Shown here one piece after another: positions 14,301 to 28,518 of a stretch of 64,000 nt of DNA. The DNA is from Auanema rhodensis (taxonomy: Eukaryota; Animalia; Nematoda), in the NCBI GenBank assembly GCA_964057225.1, contig OZ059900.1, positions 19,406,001 through 19,470,000 of the forward strand, written 5' to 3'. The position numbers and the translations under genes were made by a program. Within the stretch, counting starts at the first letter, position 1, and the number at the start of each line of letters is the position of its first letter. The notes under the pieces were generated by a model that saw only the letters and a program-made list of their open reading frames with translations, ran no database searches and was not told the DNA's origin.

Positions 14301-16397
14301 TGTCGTGAAAGTGGAATTAGACGTTGTAGGAACAATTTTGAGCTAGGTTTCATTGACATTGCATGAGTTTGAACACATGAAATCGTAAGTCAAAACCTTG
14401 TTTACAGCGAAATTTCCAAAAACTGGTTTTCCAGCATAATAAAATATTTCTCATGGGAAATACTGTGTTTTTGTATTTTTATAGTGTTCAGCATGTAAAA
14501 TGCTTCATTTTAGTATGTAAGACGCTGAAATTCGTTGCATTTGACGACTCATATGAACAAAAATCGATTTAATCAATATTAGCCATAAGGGGCGTGCCCT
14601 CAGAATATGCTAATTTCCTTAATTTTCTAACCCCTGTTTTTTTGTCGTGAAAGTGGAATTAGACGTTGTAGGAACAATTTTGAGCTAGGTTTCATTGACA
14701 TTGCATGAGTTTGAACACATGAAATCGTAAGTCAAAACCTTGTTTACAGCGAAATTTCCAAAAACTGGTTTTCCAGCATAATAAAATATTTCTCATGGGA
14801 AATACTGTGTTTTTGTATTTTTCTAGTGTTCAGCATGTAAAATGCTTCATTTTAGTATGTAACACGCTGAAATTCGTTGCATTTGACGACTCATATGAAC
14901 AAAAATCGATTTAATCAATATTAGCCATAAGGGGCGTGCCCTCAGAATATGCTAATTTCCTTAATTTTCTAACCCCTGTTTTTTGTCGTGAAAGTGGAAC
15001 TAGACGTTGTAGGAACAATTTTGAGCTAGGTTTCATTGACATTGCATGAGTTCGAACACATGAAATCGTAAGTCAAAACCTTGTTTACAGCGAAATTTCC
15101 AAAAACTGGTTTTCCAGCATAATAAAATATTTCTCATGGGAAATACTGTGTTTTTGTATTTTTCTAGTGTTCAGCATGTAAAATACTCCATTTTAGTATG
15201 TAACACGCTGAAATTCGTTGCATTTGACGACTCATATGAACAAAAATCGATTTAATCAATATAAGCCATAAGGGGCGTGCCCTCAGAATATGCTAATTTC
15301 CTTAATTTTCTAACCCCTGTTTTTTGTCGTGAAAGTGGAACTAGACGTTGTAGGAACAATTTTGAGCTAGGTTTCATTGACATTGCATGAGTTTGTACAC
15401 ATGAAATCGTAAGTCAAAACCTTGTTTACAGCGAAATTTCCAAAAACTGGTTTTCCAGCATAATAAAATATTTCTCATGGGAAATACTGTGTTTTTGTAT
15501 TTTTCTAGTGTTCAGCATGTAAAATACTTCATTTAAGTATGTAACACGCTGAAATTCGTTGCATTTGACGACTCATATGAACAAAAATCGATTTAATCAA
15601 TATTAGCCATAAGGGGCGTGCCCTCAGAATATGCTAATTTCCTTAATTTTCTAACCCCTGTTTTTTTGTCGTGAAAGTGGAATAAGACGTTGTAGGAACA
15701 ATTTTGAGCTAGGTTTCATTGACATTGCATGAGTTTGAACACATGAAATCGTAAGTCAAAACCTTGTTTACAGCGAACTTTCCAAAAACTGGTTTTCCAG
15801 CATAATAAAATATTTCTCATGGGAAATACTAAGTTTTTGTATTTTTATAGTGTTCAGCATGTAAAATGCTTCATTTTAGTATGTAACACCCTGAAATTCG
15901 TTTCATTTGACGACTCATATGAACAAAAATCGATTTAATCAATATTAGCCATAAGGGGCGTGCCCTCAGAATATGCTAATTTCCTTAATTTTCTAACCCC
16001 TGTTTTTTTGTCGTGAAAGTGGAACTAGACGTTGTAGGAACAATTTTGAGCAAGGTTTCATTGACATTGCATGAGTTTGAACACATGAAATCGTAAGTCA
16101 AAACCTTGTTTACAGCGAACTTTCCAAAAACTGGTTTTCCAGCATAATAAAATATTTCTCATGGGAAATACTGTGTTTTTGTATTTTTATAGTGTTCAGC
16201 ATTTAAATGCTTCATTTTAGTATGTAACACCCTGAAATTCGTTTCATTTGACGACTCATATGAACAAAAATCGATTTAATCAATATTAGCCATAAGGGGC
16301 GTGCCCTCAGAATATGCTAATTTCCTTAATTTTCTAACCCCTGTTTTTTTGTCGTGAAAGTGGAACTAGACGTTGTAGGAACAATTTTGAGCAAGGT
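2394..16397 (+). repeat. Large nested tandem duplication: block ~2394-9910 is re-used as ~9911-16397
   Basis: The same ordered variant monomers occur at 2394-5809 and 10934-14348 (offset ~8540). Examples: GTGAAACAC monomer at 3418/11957, GTAAGAAC at 3758/12297, GGGTAAA+ACATTGT at 4784/13323. ACTAAG and AGCATTTAAATG monomers occur at 9229/9571 and 15715/16057. Confidence 0.8.
9911..12296 (+). repeat. 3-monomer HOR (1023 bp) marked by a diverged 340-bp monomer
   Basis: The 340-bp variant (AACACTTC, ATTCAATGC, GAATCAT, ATAAGCCATAGAGGCG, T6) starts at 9911, 10934 and 11957, exactly 1023 bp apart. It also occurs at 2394, 3418 and 21869. Confidence 0.9.
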
Positions 16398-19300
16398 TTC
16401 ATTGACATTGCATGAGTTTGAACACATGAAATCGTAAGTCAAAACCTTGTTTACAGCGAAATTTCCAAAAACTGGTTTTCCAGCATAATAAAATATTTCT
16501 CATGGGAAATACTGTGTTTTTGTATTTTTCTAGTGTTCAGCATGTAAAATGCTTCATTTAAGTATGTAACACGCTGAAATTCGTTGCATTTGACTACTCA
16601 TATGAACAAAAATCGATTTAATCAATATTAGCCATAAGGGGCGTGCCCTCAGAATATGCTAATTTCCTTAATTTTCTAACCCCTGTTTTTTTGTCGTGAA
16701 AGTGGAACTAGACGTTGTAGGAACAATTTTGAGCAAGGTTTCATTGACATTGCATGAGTTTGAACACATGAAATCGTAAGTCAAAACCTTGTTTACAGCG
16801 AACTTTCCAAAAACTGGTTTTCCAGCATAATAAAATATTTCTCATGGGAAATACTGTGTTTTTGTATTTTTATAGTGTTCAGCATGTAAAATGCTTCATT
16901 TTAGTATGTAACACCCTGAAATTCGTTTCATTTGACGACTCATATGAACAAAAATCGATTTAATCAATATTAGCCATAAGGGGCGTGCCCTCAGAATATG
17001 CTAATTTCCTTAATTTTCTAACCCCTGTTTTTTTGTCGTGAAAGTGGAACTAGACGTTGTAGGAACAATTTTGAGCAAGGTTTCATTGACATTGCATGAG
17101 TTTGAACACATGAAATCGTAAGTCAAAACCTTGTTTACAGCGAACTTTCCAAAAACTGGTTTTCCAGCATAATAAAATATTTCTCATGGGAAATACTGTG
17201 TTTTTGTATTTTTATAGTGTTCAGCATGTAAAATGCTTCATTTTAGTATGTAACACCCTGAAATTCGTTTCATTTGACGACTCATATGAACAAAAATCGA
17301 TTTAATCAATATTAGCCATAAGGGGCGTGCCCTCAGAATATGCTAATTTCCTTAATTTTCTAACCCCTGTTTTTTTGTCGTGAAAGTGGAACTAGACGTT
17401 GTAGGAACAATTTTGAGCAAGGTTTCATTGACATTGCATGAGTTTGAACACATGAAATCGTAAGTCAAAACCTTGTTTACAGCGAAATTTCCAAAAACTG
17501 GTTTTCCAGCATAATAAAATATTTCTCATGGGAAATACTGTGTTTTTGTATTTTTCTAGTGTTCAGCATGTAAAATGCTTCATTTAAGTATGTAACACGC
17601 TGAAATTCGTTGCATTTGACTACTCATATGAACAAAAATCGATTTAATCAATATTAGCCATAAGGGGCGTGCCCTCAGAATATGCTAATTTCCTTAATTT
17701 TCTAACCCCTGTTTTTTTGTCGTGAAAGTGGAACTAGACGTTGTACGAACAATTTTGAGCTAGGTTTCATTGACATTGCATGAGTTTGAACACATGAAAT
17801 CGTAAGTCAAAATCTTGTTTACAGCGAAATTTCCAAAAACTGGTTTTCCAGCATAATAAAATATTTCTTATGGGAAATACTGTGTTTTTGTATTTCTCTA
17901 GTGTTCAGCATGTAAAATACTTCATTTTAGTATGTAACACGCTGAAATTCGTTGCATTTGACGACTCATATGAACAAAAATCGATTTAATCAATATTAGC
18001 CATAAGGGGCGTGCCCTCAGAATATGCTAATTTCCTTAATTTTCTAACCCCTGTTTTTTTGTCGTGAAAGTGGAACTAGACGTTGTAGGAACAATTTTGA
18101 GCTAGGTTTCATTGACATTGCATGAGTTTGAACACATGAAATCGTAAGTCAAAACCTTGTTTACAGCGAAATTTCCAAAAACTGGTTTTCCAGCATAATA
18201 AAATATTTCTCATGGGAAAAACTGTGTTTTTGTATTTTTCTAGTGTTCAGCATGTAAAATGCTTCATTTTAGTATGTAACACGCTGAAATTTGTTGCATT
18301 TGACGACTCATATGAACAAAAATCGATTTAATCAATATTAGCCATAAGGGGCGTGCCCTCAGAATATGCTAATTTCCTTAATTTTCTAACCCCTGTTTTT
18401 TTGTCGTGAAAGTGGAACTAGACGTTGTAGGAACAATTTTGAGCAAGGTTTCATTGACATTGCATGAGTTTGAACACATGAAATCGTAAGTCAAAACCTT
18501 GTTTACAGCGAAATTTCCAAAAACTGGTTTTCCAGCATAATAAAATATTTCTCATGGGAAATACTGTGTTTTTGTATTTTTCTAGTGTTCAGCATGTAAA
18601 ATGCTTCATTTTAGTATGTAACACGCTAAAATTCGTTGCATTTGACGACTCATATGAACAAAAATCGATTTAATCAATATTAGCCATAAGGGGCGTGCCC
18701 TCAGAATATGCTAATTTCCTTAATTTTCTAACCCCTGTTTTTTTGTCGTGAAAGTGGAACTAGACGTTGTAGCAACAATTTTGAGCTAGGTTTCATTGAC
18801 ATTGCATGAGTTTGAACACATGAAATCGTAAGTCAAAACCTTGTTTACAGCGAAATTTCCAAAAACTGGTTTTCCAGCATAATAAAATATTTCTCATGGG
18901 AAATACTGTGTTTTTGTATTTTTCTAGTGTTCAGCATGTAAAATACTTCATTTTAGTATGTAACACGCTGAAATTCGTTGCATTTGACGACTCATATGAA
19001 CAAAAATCGATTTAATCAATATTAGCCATAAGGGGCGTGCCCTCAGAATGTGCTAATTTCCTTAATTTTCTAACCCCTGTTTTTTTGTCGTGAAAGTGGA
19101 ATTAGACGTTGTAGGAACAATTTTGAGCTAGGTTTCATTGACATTGCATGAGTTTGAACACATGAAATCGTAAGTCAAAACCTTGTTTACAGCGAACTTT
19201 CCAAAAACTGGTTTTCCAGCATAATAAAATATTTCTCATGGGAAATACTGTGTTTTTGTATTTTTATAGTGTTCAGCATGTAAAATGCTTCATTTTAGTA

Positions 19301-22300
19301 TGTAACACCCTGAAATTCGTTTCATTTGACGACTCATATGAACAAAAATCGATTTAATCAATATTAGCCATAAGGGGCGTGCCCTCAGAATATGCTAATT
19401 TCCTTAATTTTCTAACCCCTGTTTTTTTGTCGTGAAAGTGGAACTAGACGTTGTAGGAACAATTTTGAGCAAGGTTTCATTGACATTGCATGAGTTTGAA
19501 CACATGAAATCGTAAGTCAAAACCTTGTTTACAGCGAAATTTCCAAAAACTGGTTTTCCAGCATAATAAAATATTTCTCATGGGAAATACTGTGTTTTTG
19601 TATTTTTCTAGTGTTCAGCATGTGAAATACTTCATTTTAGTATGTAACACGCTGAAATTCGTTGCATTTGACGACTCATATGAACAAAAATCGATTTAAT
19701 CAATATTAGCCATAAGGGGCGTGCCCTCAGAATATGCTAATTTCCTAAATTTTCTAACCCCTGTTTTTTTGTCGTGAAAGTGGAACTAGACGTTGTAGGA
19801 ACAATTTTGAGCTAGGTTTCATTGACATTGCATGAGTTTGAACACATGAAATCGTAAGTCAAAACCTTGTTTACAGCGAAATTTCCAAAAACTGGTTTTC
19901 CAGCATAATAAAATATTTCTCATGGGAAAAACTGTGTTTTTGTATTTTTCTAGTGTTCAGCATGTAAAATGCTTCATTTTAGTATGTAACACGCTGAAAT
20001 TTGTTGCATTTGACGACTCATATGAACAAAAATCGATTTAATCAATATTAGCCATAAGGGGCGTGCCCTCAGAATATGCTAATTTCCTTAATTTTCTAAC
20101 CCCTCTTTTTTTGTCGTGAAAGTGGAACTAGACGTTGTAGGAACAATTTTGAGCAAGGTTTCATTGACATTGCATGAGTTTGAACACATGAAATCGTAAG
20201 TCAAAACCTTGTTTACAGCGAAATTTCCAAAAACTGGTTTTCCAGCATAATAAAATATTTCTCATGGGAAATACTGTGTTTTTGTATTTTTCTAGTGTTC
20301 AGCATGTAAAATGCTTCATTTTAGTATGTAACACGCTAAAATTCGTTGCATTTGACGACTCATATGAACAAAAATCGATTTAATCAATATTAGCCATAAG
20401 GGGCGTGCCCTCAGAATATGCTAATTTCCTTAATTTTCTAACCCCTGTTTTTTTGTCGTGAAAGTGGAACTAGACGTTGTACGAACAATTTTGAGCTAGG
20501 TTTCATTGACATTGCATGAGTTTGAACACATGAAATCGTAAGTCAAAACCTTGTTTACAGCGAAATTTCCAAAAACTGGTTTTCCAGCATAATAAAATAT
20601 TTCTCATGGGAAATACTGTGTTTTTGTATTTTTCTAGTGTTCAGCATGTAAAATGCTTCATTTTAGTATGTAACACGCTGAAATTCGTTGCATTTGACGA
20701 CTCATATGAACAAAAATCGATTTAATCAATATTAGCCATAAGGGGCGTGCCCTCAGAATATGCTAATTTCCTTAATTTTCTAACCCCTGTTTTTTTGTCG
20801 TGAAAGTGGAACTAAACGTTGTACGAACAATTTTGAGCTAGGTTTCATTGACATTGCATGAGTTTGAACACATGAAATCGTAAGTCAAAACCTTGTTTAC
20901 AGCGAAATTTCCAAAAACTGGTTTTCCAGCATAATAAAATATTTCTCATGGGAAATACTGTGTTTTTGTATTTTTCTAGTGTTCAGCATGTAAAATGCTT
21001 CATTTTAGTATGTGACACGCTAAAATTCGTTGCATTTGACGACTCATATGAACAAAAATCGATTTAATCAATATTAGCCATAAGGGGCGTGCCCTCAGAA
21101 TATGCTAATTTCCTTAATTTTCTAACCCCTGTTTTTTTGTCGTGAAAGTGGAATTAGACGTTGTAGGAACAATTTTGAGCTAGGTTTCATTGACATTGCA
21201 TGAGTTTGAACACATGAAATCGTAAGTCAAAACCTTGTTTACAGCTAAATTTCCAAAAACTGGTTTTCCAGCATAATAAAATATTTCTCATGGGAAATAC
21301 TGTGTTTTTGTATTTTTATAGTGTTCAGCATGTAAAATGCTTCATTTTAGTATGTAACACGCTGAAATTCGTTGCATTTGACGACTCATATGAACAAAAA
21401 TCGATTTAATCAATATTAGCCATAAGGGGCGTGCCCTCAGAATATGCTAATTTCCTTAATTTTCTAACCCCTGTTTTTTTGTCGTGAAAGTGGAATTAGA
21501 CGTTGTAGGAACAATTTTGAGCTAGGTTTCATTGACATTGCATGAGTTTGAACACATGAAATCGTAAGTCAAAACCTTGTTTACAGCGAAATTTCCAAAA
21601 ACTGGTTTTCCAGCATAATAAAATATTTCTCATGGGAAATACTGTGTTTTTGTATTTTTCTAGGGTTCAGCATGTAAAATGCTTCATTTTAGTATGTAAC
21701 ACGCTGAAATTCGTTGCATTTGACGACTCATATGAACAAAAATCGATTTAATCAATATTAGCCATAAGGGGCGTGCCCTCAGAATATGCTAATTTCCTTA
21801 ATTTTCTAACCCCTGTTTTTTGTCGTGAAAGTGGAACTAGACGTTGTAGGAACAATTTTGAGCTAGGTTTCATTGACATTGCATGAGTTTGAACACATGA
21901 AATCGTAAGTCAAAACCTTGTTTACAGCGAAATTTCCAAAAACTGGTTTTCCAGCATAATAAAATATTTCTCATGGGAAATACTGTGTTTTTGTATTTTT
22001 CTAGTGTTCAGCATGTAAAACACTTCATTTTAGTATGTAACACGCTGAAATTCAATGCATTTGACGAATCATATGAACAAAAATCGATTTAATCAATATA
22101 AGCCATAGAGGCGTGCCCTCAGAATATGCTAATTTCCTTAATTTTCTAACCCCTGTTTTTTGTCGTGAAAGTGGAACTAGACGTTGTAGGAACAATTTTG
22201 AGCTAGGTTTCATTGACATTGCATGAGTTTGAACACATGAAATCGTAAGTCAAAACCTTGTTTACAGCGAAATTTCCAAAAACTGGTTTTCCAGCATAAT

Positions 22301-23575
22301 AAAATATTTCTCATGGGAAATACTGTGTTTTTGTATTTTTCTAGTGTTCAGCATGTAAAATACTTCATTTTAGTATGTAACACGCTGAAATTCGTTGCAT
22401 TTGACGACTCATATGAACAAAAATCGATTTAATCAATATTAGCCATAAGGGGCGTGCCCTCAGAATGTGCTAATTTCCTTAATTTTCTAACCCCTGTTTT
22501 TTTGTCGTGAAAGTGGAATTAGACGTTGTAGGAACAATTTTGAGCTAGGTTTCATTGACATTGCATGAGTTTGAACACATGAAATCGTAAGTCAAAACCT
22601 TGTTTACAGCGAACTTTCCAAAAACTGGTTTTCCAGCATAATAAAATATTTCTCATGGGAAATACTGTGTTTTTGTATTTTTATAGTGTTCAGCATGTAA
22701 AATGCTTCATTTTAGTATGTAACACCCTGAAATTCGTTTCATTTGACGACTCATATGAACAAAAATCGATTTAATCAATATTAGCCATAAGGGGCGTGCC
22801 CTCAGAATATGCTAATTTCCTTAATTTTCTAACCCCTGTTTTTTTGTCGTGAAAGTGGAACTAGACGTTGTAGGAACAATTTTGAGCAAGGTTTCATTGA
22901 CATTGCATGAGTTTGAACACATGAAATCGTAAGTCAAAACCTTGTTTACAGCGAAATTTCCAAAAACTGGTTTTCCAGCATAATAAAATATTTCTCATGG
23001 GAAATACTGTGTTTTTGTATTTTTCTAGTGTTCAGCATGTGAAATACTTCATTTTAGTATGTAACACGCTGAAATTCGTTGCATTTGACGACTCATATGA
23101 ACAAAAATCGATTTAATCAATATTAGCCATAAGGGGCGTGCCCTCAGAATATGCTAATTTCCTTAATTTTCTAACCCCTGTTTTTTTGTCGTGAAAGTGG
23201 AATTAGACGTTGTAGGAACAATTTTGAGCTAGGTTTCATTGACATTGCATGAGTTTGAACACATGAAATCGTAAGTCAAAACCTTGTTTACAGCGAAATT
23301 TCCAAAAACTGGTTTTCCAGCATAATAAAATATTTCTCATGGGAAATACTGTGTTTTTGTATTTTTCTAGTGTTCAGCATGTAAAATACTCCATTATAGT
23401 ATGTAACACGCTGAAATTCGTTGCATTTGACGACTCATATGAACAAAAATCGATTTAATCAATATAAGCCATAAGGGGCGTGCCCTCAGAATATGCTAAT
23501 TTCCTTAATTTTCTAACCCCTGTTTTTTGTCGTGAAAGTGGAACTAGACGTTGTAGGAACAATTTTGAGCTAGGT

Positions 23576-23856
23576 TTCATTGACATTGCATGAGTTCGAA
23601 CACATGAAATCGTAAGTCAAAACCTTGTTTACAGCGAAATTTCCAAAAACTGTTCAGCATGTAAAATGCTTCATTTTAGTATGTAACACGCTAAAATTCG
23701 TTGCATTTGACGACTCATATGAACAAAAATCGATTTAATCAATATTAGCCATAAGGGGCGTGCCCTCAGAATATGCTAATTTCCTTAATTTTCTAACCCC
23801 TGTTTTTTTGTCGTGAAAGTGGAATTAGACGTTGTAGGAACAATTTTGAGCTAGGT
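23576..23856 (+). repeat. 281-bp deletion monomer, copy 1
   Basis: Junction CAAAAACTG|TTCAGCATG at 23652/23653; monomer positions 78-138 (61 bp) are missing. Confidence 0.97.
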
Positions 23857-26800
23857 TTCATTGACATTGCATGAGTTTGAACACATGAAATCGTAAGTCA
23901 AAACCTTGTTTACAGCGAAATTTCCAAAAACTGGTTTTCCAGCATAATAAAATATTTCTCATGGGAAATACTGTGTTTTTGTATTTTTATAGTGTTCAGC
24001 ATGTAAAATGCTTAATTTTAGTATGTAACACGCTGAAATTCGTTGCATTTGACGACTCATATGAACAAAAATCGATTTAATCAATATAAGCCATAAGGGG
24101 CGTGCCCTCAGAATATGCTAATTTCCTTAATTTTCTAACCCCTGTTTTTTGTCGTGAAAGTGGAACTAGACGTTGTAGGAACAATTTTGAGCTAGGTTTC
24201 ATTGACATTGCATGAGTTTGAACACATGAAATCGTAAGTCAAAACCTTGTTTACAGCGAAATTTCCAAAAACTGGTTTTCCAGCATAATAAAATATTTCT
24301 CATAGGAAATACTGTGTTTTTGTATTTTTCTAGTGTTCAGCATGTAAAATACTTCATTTTAGTATGTAACACGCTGAAATTCGTTGCATTTGACGACTCA
24401 TATGAACAAAAATCGATTTAATCAATATTAGCCATAAGGGGCGTGCCCTCAGAATATGCTAATTTCCTTAATTTTCTAACCCCTGTTTTTTTGTCGTGAA
24501 AGTGGAATTAGACGTTGTAGGAACAATTTTGAGCTAGGTTTCATTGACATTGCATGAGTTTGAACACATGAAATCGTAAGTCAAAACCTTGTTTACAGCG
24601 AAATTTCCAAAAACTGGTTTTCCAGCATAATAAAATATTTCTCATGGGAAATACTGTGTTTTTGTATTTTTCTAGTGTTCAGCATGTAAAATGCTTCATT
24701 TTAGTATGTAACACGCTGAAATTCGTTGCATTTGACGACTCATATGAACAAAAATCGATTTAATCAATATTAGCCATAAGGGGCGTGCCCTCAGAATATG
24801 CTAATTTCCTAAATTTTCTAACCCCTGTTTTTTTGTCGTGAAAGTGGAACTAGACGTTGTAGGAACAATTTTGAGCTAGGTTTCATTGACATTGCATGAG
24901 TTTGAACACATGAAATCGTAAGTCAAAACCTTGTTTACAGCGAAATTTCCAAAAACTGGTTTTCCAGCATAATAAAATATTTCTCATGGGAAAAACTGTG
25001 TTTTTGTATTTTTCTAGTGTTCAGCTTGTAAAATGCTTCATTTTAGTATGTAACACGCTGAAATTTGTTGCATTTGACGACTCATATGAACAAAAATCGA
25101 TTTAATCAATATTAGCCATAAGGGGCGTGCCCTCAGAATATGCTAATTTCCTTAATTTTGTAACCCCTGTTTTTTTGTCGTGAAAGTGGAACTAGACGTT
25201 GTACGAACAATTTTGAGCTAGGTTTCATTGACATTGCATGAGTTTGAACACATGAAATCGTAAGTCAAAACCTTGTTTACAGCGAAATTTCCAAAAACTG
25301 GTTTTCCAGCATAATAAAATATTTCTCATGGGAAATACTGTGTTTTTGTATTTTTCTAGTGTTCAGCATGTAAAATGCTTCATTTTAGTATGTAACACGC
25401 TAAAATTCGTTGCATTTGACGACTCATATGAACAAAAATCGATTTAATCAATATTAGCCATAAGGGGCGTGCCCTCAGAATATGCTAATTTCCTTAATTT
25501 TCTAACCCCTGTTTTTTTGTCGTGAAAGTGGAATTAGACGTTGTAGGAACAATTTTGAGCTAGGTTTCATTGACATTGCATGAGTTTGAGCACATGAAAT
25601 CGTAAGTCAAAACCTTGTTTACAGCGAAATTTCCAAAAACTGGTTTTCCAGCATAATAAAATATTTCTCATGGGAAATACTGTGTTTTTGTATTTTTCTA
25701 GTGTTCAGCATGTAAAATACTTCATTTTAGTATGTAACACTCTGAAATTCGTTGCATTTGACGACTCATATGAACAAAAATCGATTTAATCAATATTAGC
25801 CATAAGGGGCGTGCCCTCAGAATGTGCTAATTTCCTTAATTTTCTAACCCCTGTTTTTTTGTCGTGAAAGTGGAATTAGACGTTGTAGGAACAATTTTGA
25901 GCTAGGTTTCATTGACATTGCATGAGTTTGAACACATGAAATCGTAAGTCAAAACCTTGTTTACAGCGAACTTTCCAAAAACTGGTTTTCCAGCATAATA
26001 AAATATTTCTCATGGGAAATACTGTGTTTTTGTATTTTTATAGTGTTCAGCATGTAAAATGCTTCATTTTAGTATGTAACACCCTGAAATTCGTTTCATT
26101 TGACGACTCATATGAACAAAAATCGATTTAATCAATATTAGCCATAAGGGGCGTGCCCTCAGAATATGCTAATTTCCTTAATTTTCTAACCCCTGTTTTT
26201 TTGTCGTGAAAGTGGAACTAGACGTTGTAGGAACAATTTTGAGCAAGGTTTCATTGACATTGCATAAGTTTGAACACATGAAATCGTAAGTCAAAACCTT
26301 GTTTACAGCGAAATTTCCAAAAACTGGTTTTCCAGCATAATAAAATATTTCTCATGGGAAATACTGTGTTTTTGTATTTTTCTAGTGTTCAGCATGTGAA
26401 ATACTTCATTTTAGTATGTAACACGCTGAAATTCGTTGCATTTGACGACTCATATGAACAAAAATCGATTTAATCAATATTAGCCATAAGGGGCGTGCCC
26501 TCAGAATATGCTAATTTCCTTAATTTTCTAACCCCTGTTTTTTTGTCGTGAAAGTGGAATTAGACGTTGTAGGAACAATTTTGAGCTAGGTTTCATTGAC
26601 ATTGCATGAGTTTGAACACATGAAATCGTAAGTCAAAACCTTGTTTACAGCGAAATTTCCAAAAACTGGTTTTCCAGCATAATAAAATATTTCTCATGGG
26701 AAATACTGTGTTTTTGTATTTTTCTAGTGTTCAGCATGTAAAATACTCCATTATAGTATGTAACACGCTGAAATTCGTTGCATTTGACGACTCATATGAA

Positions 26801-26932
26801 CAAAAATCGATTTAATCAATATAAGCCATAAGGGGCGTGCCCTCAGAATATGCTAATTTCCTTAATTTTCTAACCCCTGTTTTTTGTCGTGAAAGTGGAA
26901 CTAGACGTTGTAGGAACAATTTTGAGCTAGGT

Positions 26933-27213
26933 TTCATTGACATTGCATGAGTTCGAACACATGAAATCGTAAGTCAAAACCTTGTTTACAGCGAAATTTC
27001 CAAAAACTGTTCAGCATGTAAAATGCTTCATTTTAGTATGTAACACGCTAAAATTCGTTGCATTTGACGACTCATATGAACAAAAATCGATTTAATCAAT
27101 ATTAGCCATAAGGGGCGTGCCCTCAGAATATGCTAATTTCCTTAATTTTCTAACCCCTGTTTTTTTGTCGTGAAAGTGGAATTAGACGTTGTAGGAACAA
27201 TTTTGAGCTAGGT
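26933..27213 (+). repeat. 281-bp deletion monomer, copy 2
   Basis: Same junction at 27009/27010; carries GTTCGAAC and GCTAAAA like copy 1. Confidence 0.97.
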
Positions 27214-28237
27214 TTCATTGACATTGCATGAGTTTGAACACATGAAATCGTAAGTCAAAACCTTGTTTACAGCGAAATTTCCAAAAACTGGTTTTCCAGC
27301 ATAATAAAATATTTCTCATGGGAAATACTGTGTTTTTGTATTTTTATAGTGTTCAGCATGTAAAATGCTTCATTTTAGTATGTAACACGCTGAAATTCGT
27401 TGCATTTGACGACTCATATGAACAAAAATCGATTTAATCAATATAAGCCATAAGGGGCGTGCCCTCAGAATATGCTAATTTCCTTAATTTTCTAACCCCT
27501 GTTTTTTGTCGTGAAAGTGGAACTAGACGTTGTAGGAACAATTTTGAGCTAGGTTTCATTGACATTGCATGAGTTTGAACACATGAAATCGTAAGTCAAA
27601 ACCTTGTTTACAGCGAAATTTCCAAAAACTGGTTTTCCAGCATAATAAAATATTTCTCATAGGAAATACTGTGTTTTTGTATTTTTCTAGTGTTCAGCAT
27701 GTAAAATACTTCATTTTAGTATGTAACACGCTGAAATTCGTTGCATTTGACGACTCATATGAACAAAAATCGATTTAATCAATATTAGCCATAAGGGGCG
27801 TGCCCTCAGAATATGCTAATTTCCTTAATTTTCTAACCCCTGTTTTTTGTCGTGAAAGTGGAACTAGACGTTGTAGGAACAATTTTGAGCTAGGTTTCAT
27901 TGACATTGCATGAGTTTGAACACATGAAATCGTAAGTCAAAACCTTGTTTACAGCGAAATTTCCAAAAACTGGTTTTCCAGCATAATAAAATATTTCTCA
28001 TAGGAAATACTGTGTTTTTGTATTTTTCTAGTGTTCAGCATGTAAAATACTTCATTTTAGTATGTAACACGCTGAAATTCGTTGCATTTGACGACTCATA
28101 TGAACAAAAATCGATTTAATCAATATTAGCCATAAGGGGCGTGCCCTCAGAATATGCTAATTTCCTTAATTTTCTAACCCCTGTTTTTTTGTCGTGAAAG
28201 TGGAATTAGACGTTGTAGGAACAATTTTGAGCTAGGT

Positions 28238-28518
28238 TTCATTGACATTGCATGAGTTTGAACACATGAAATCGTAAGTCAAAACCTTGTTTACAGCGAA
28301 ATTTCCAAAAACTGTTCAGCATGTAAAATGCTTCATTTTAGTATGTAACACGCTAAAATTCGTTGCATTTGACGACTCATATGAACAAAAATCGATTTAA
28401 TCAATATTAGCCATAAGGGGCGTGCCCTCAGAATATGCTAATTTCCTTAATTTTCTAACCCCTGTTTTTTTGTCGTGAAAGTGGAATTAGACGTTGTAGG
28501 AACAATTTTGAGCTAGGT
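28238..28518 (+). repeat. 281-bp deletion monomer, copy 3 (recombinant 5' end)
   Basis: Same junction at 28314/28315 and GCTAAAA, but consensus GTTTGAAC instead of GTTCGAAC. Confidence 0.95.
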
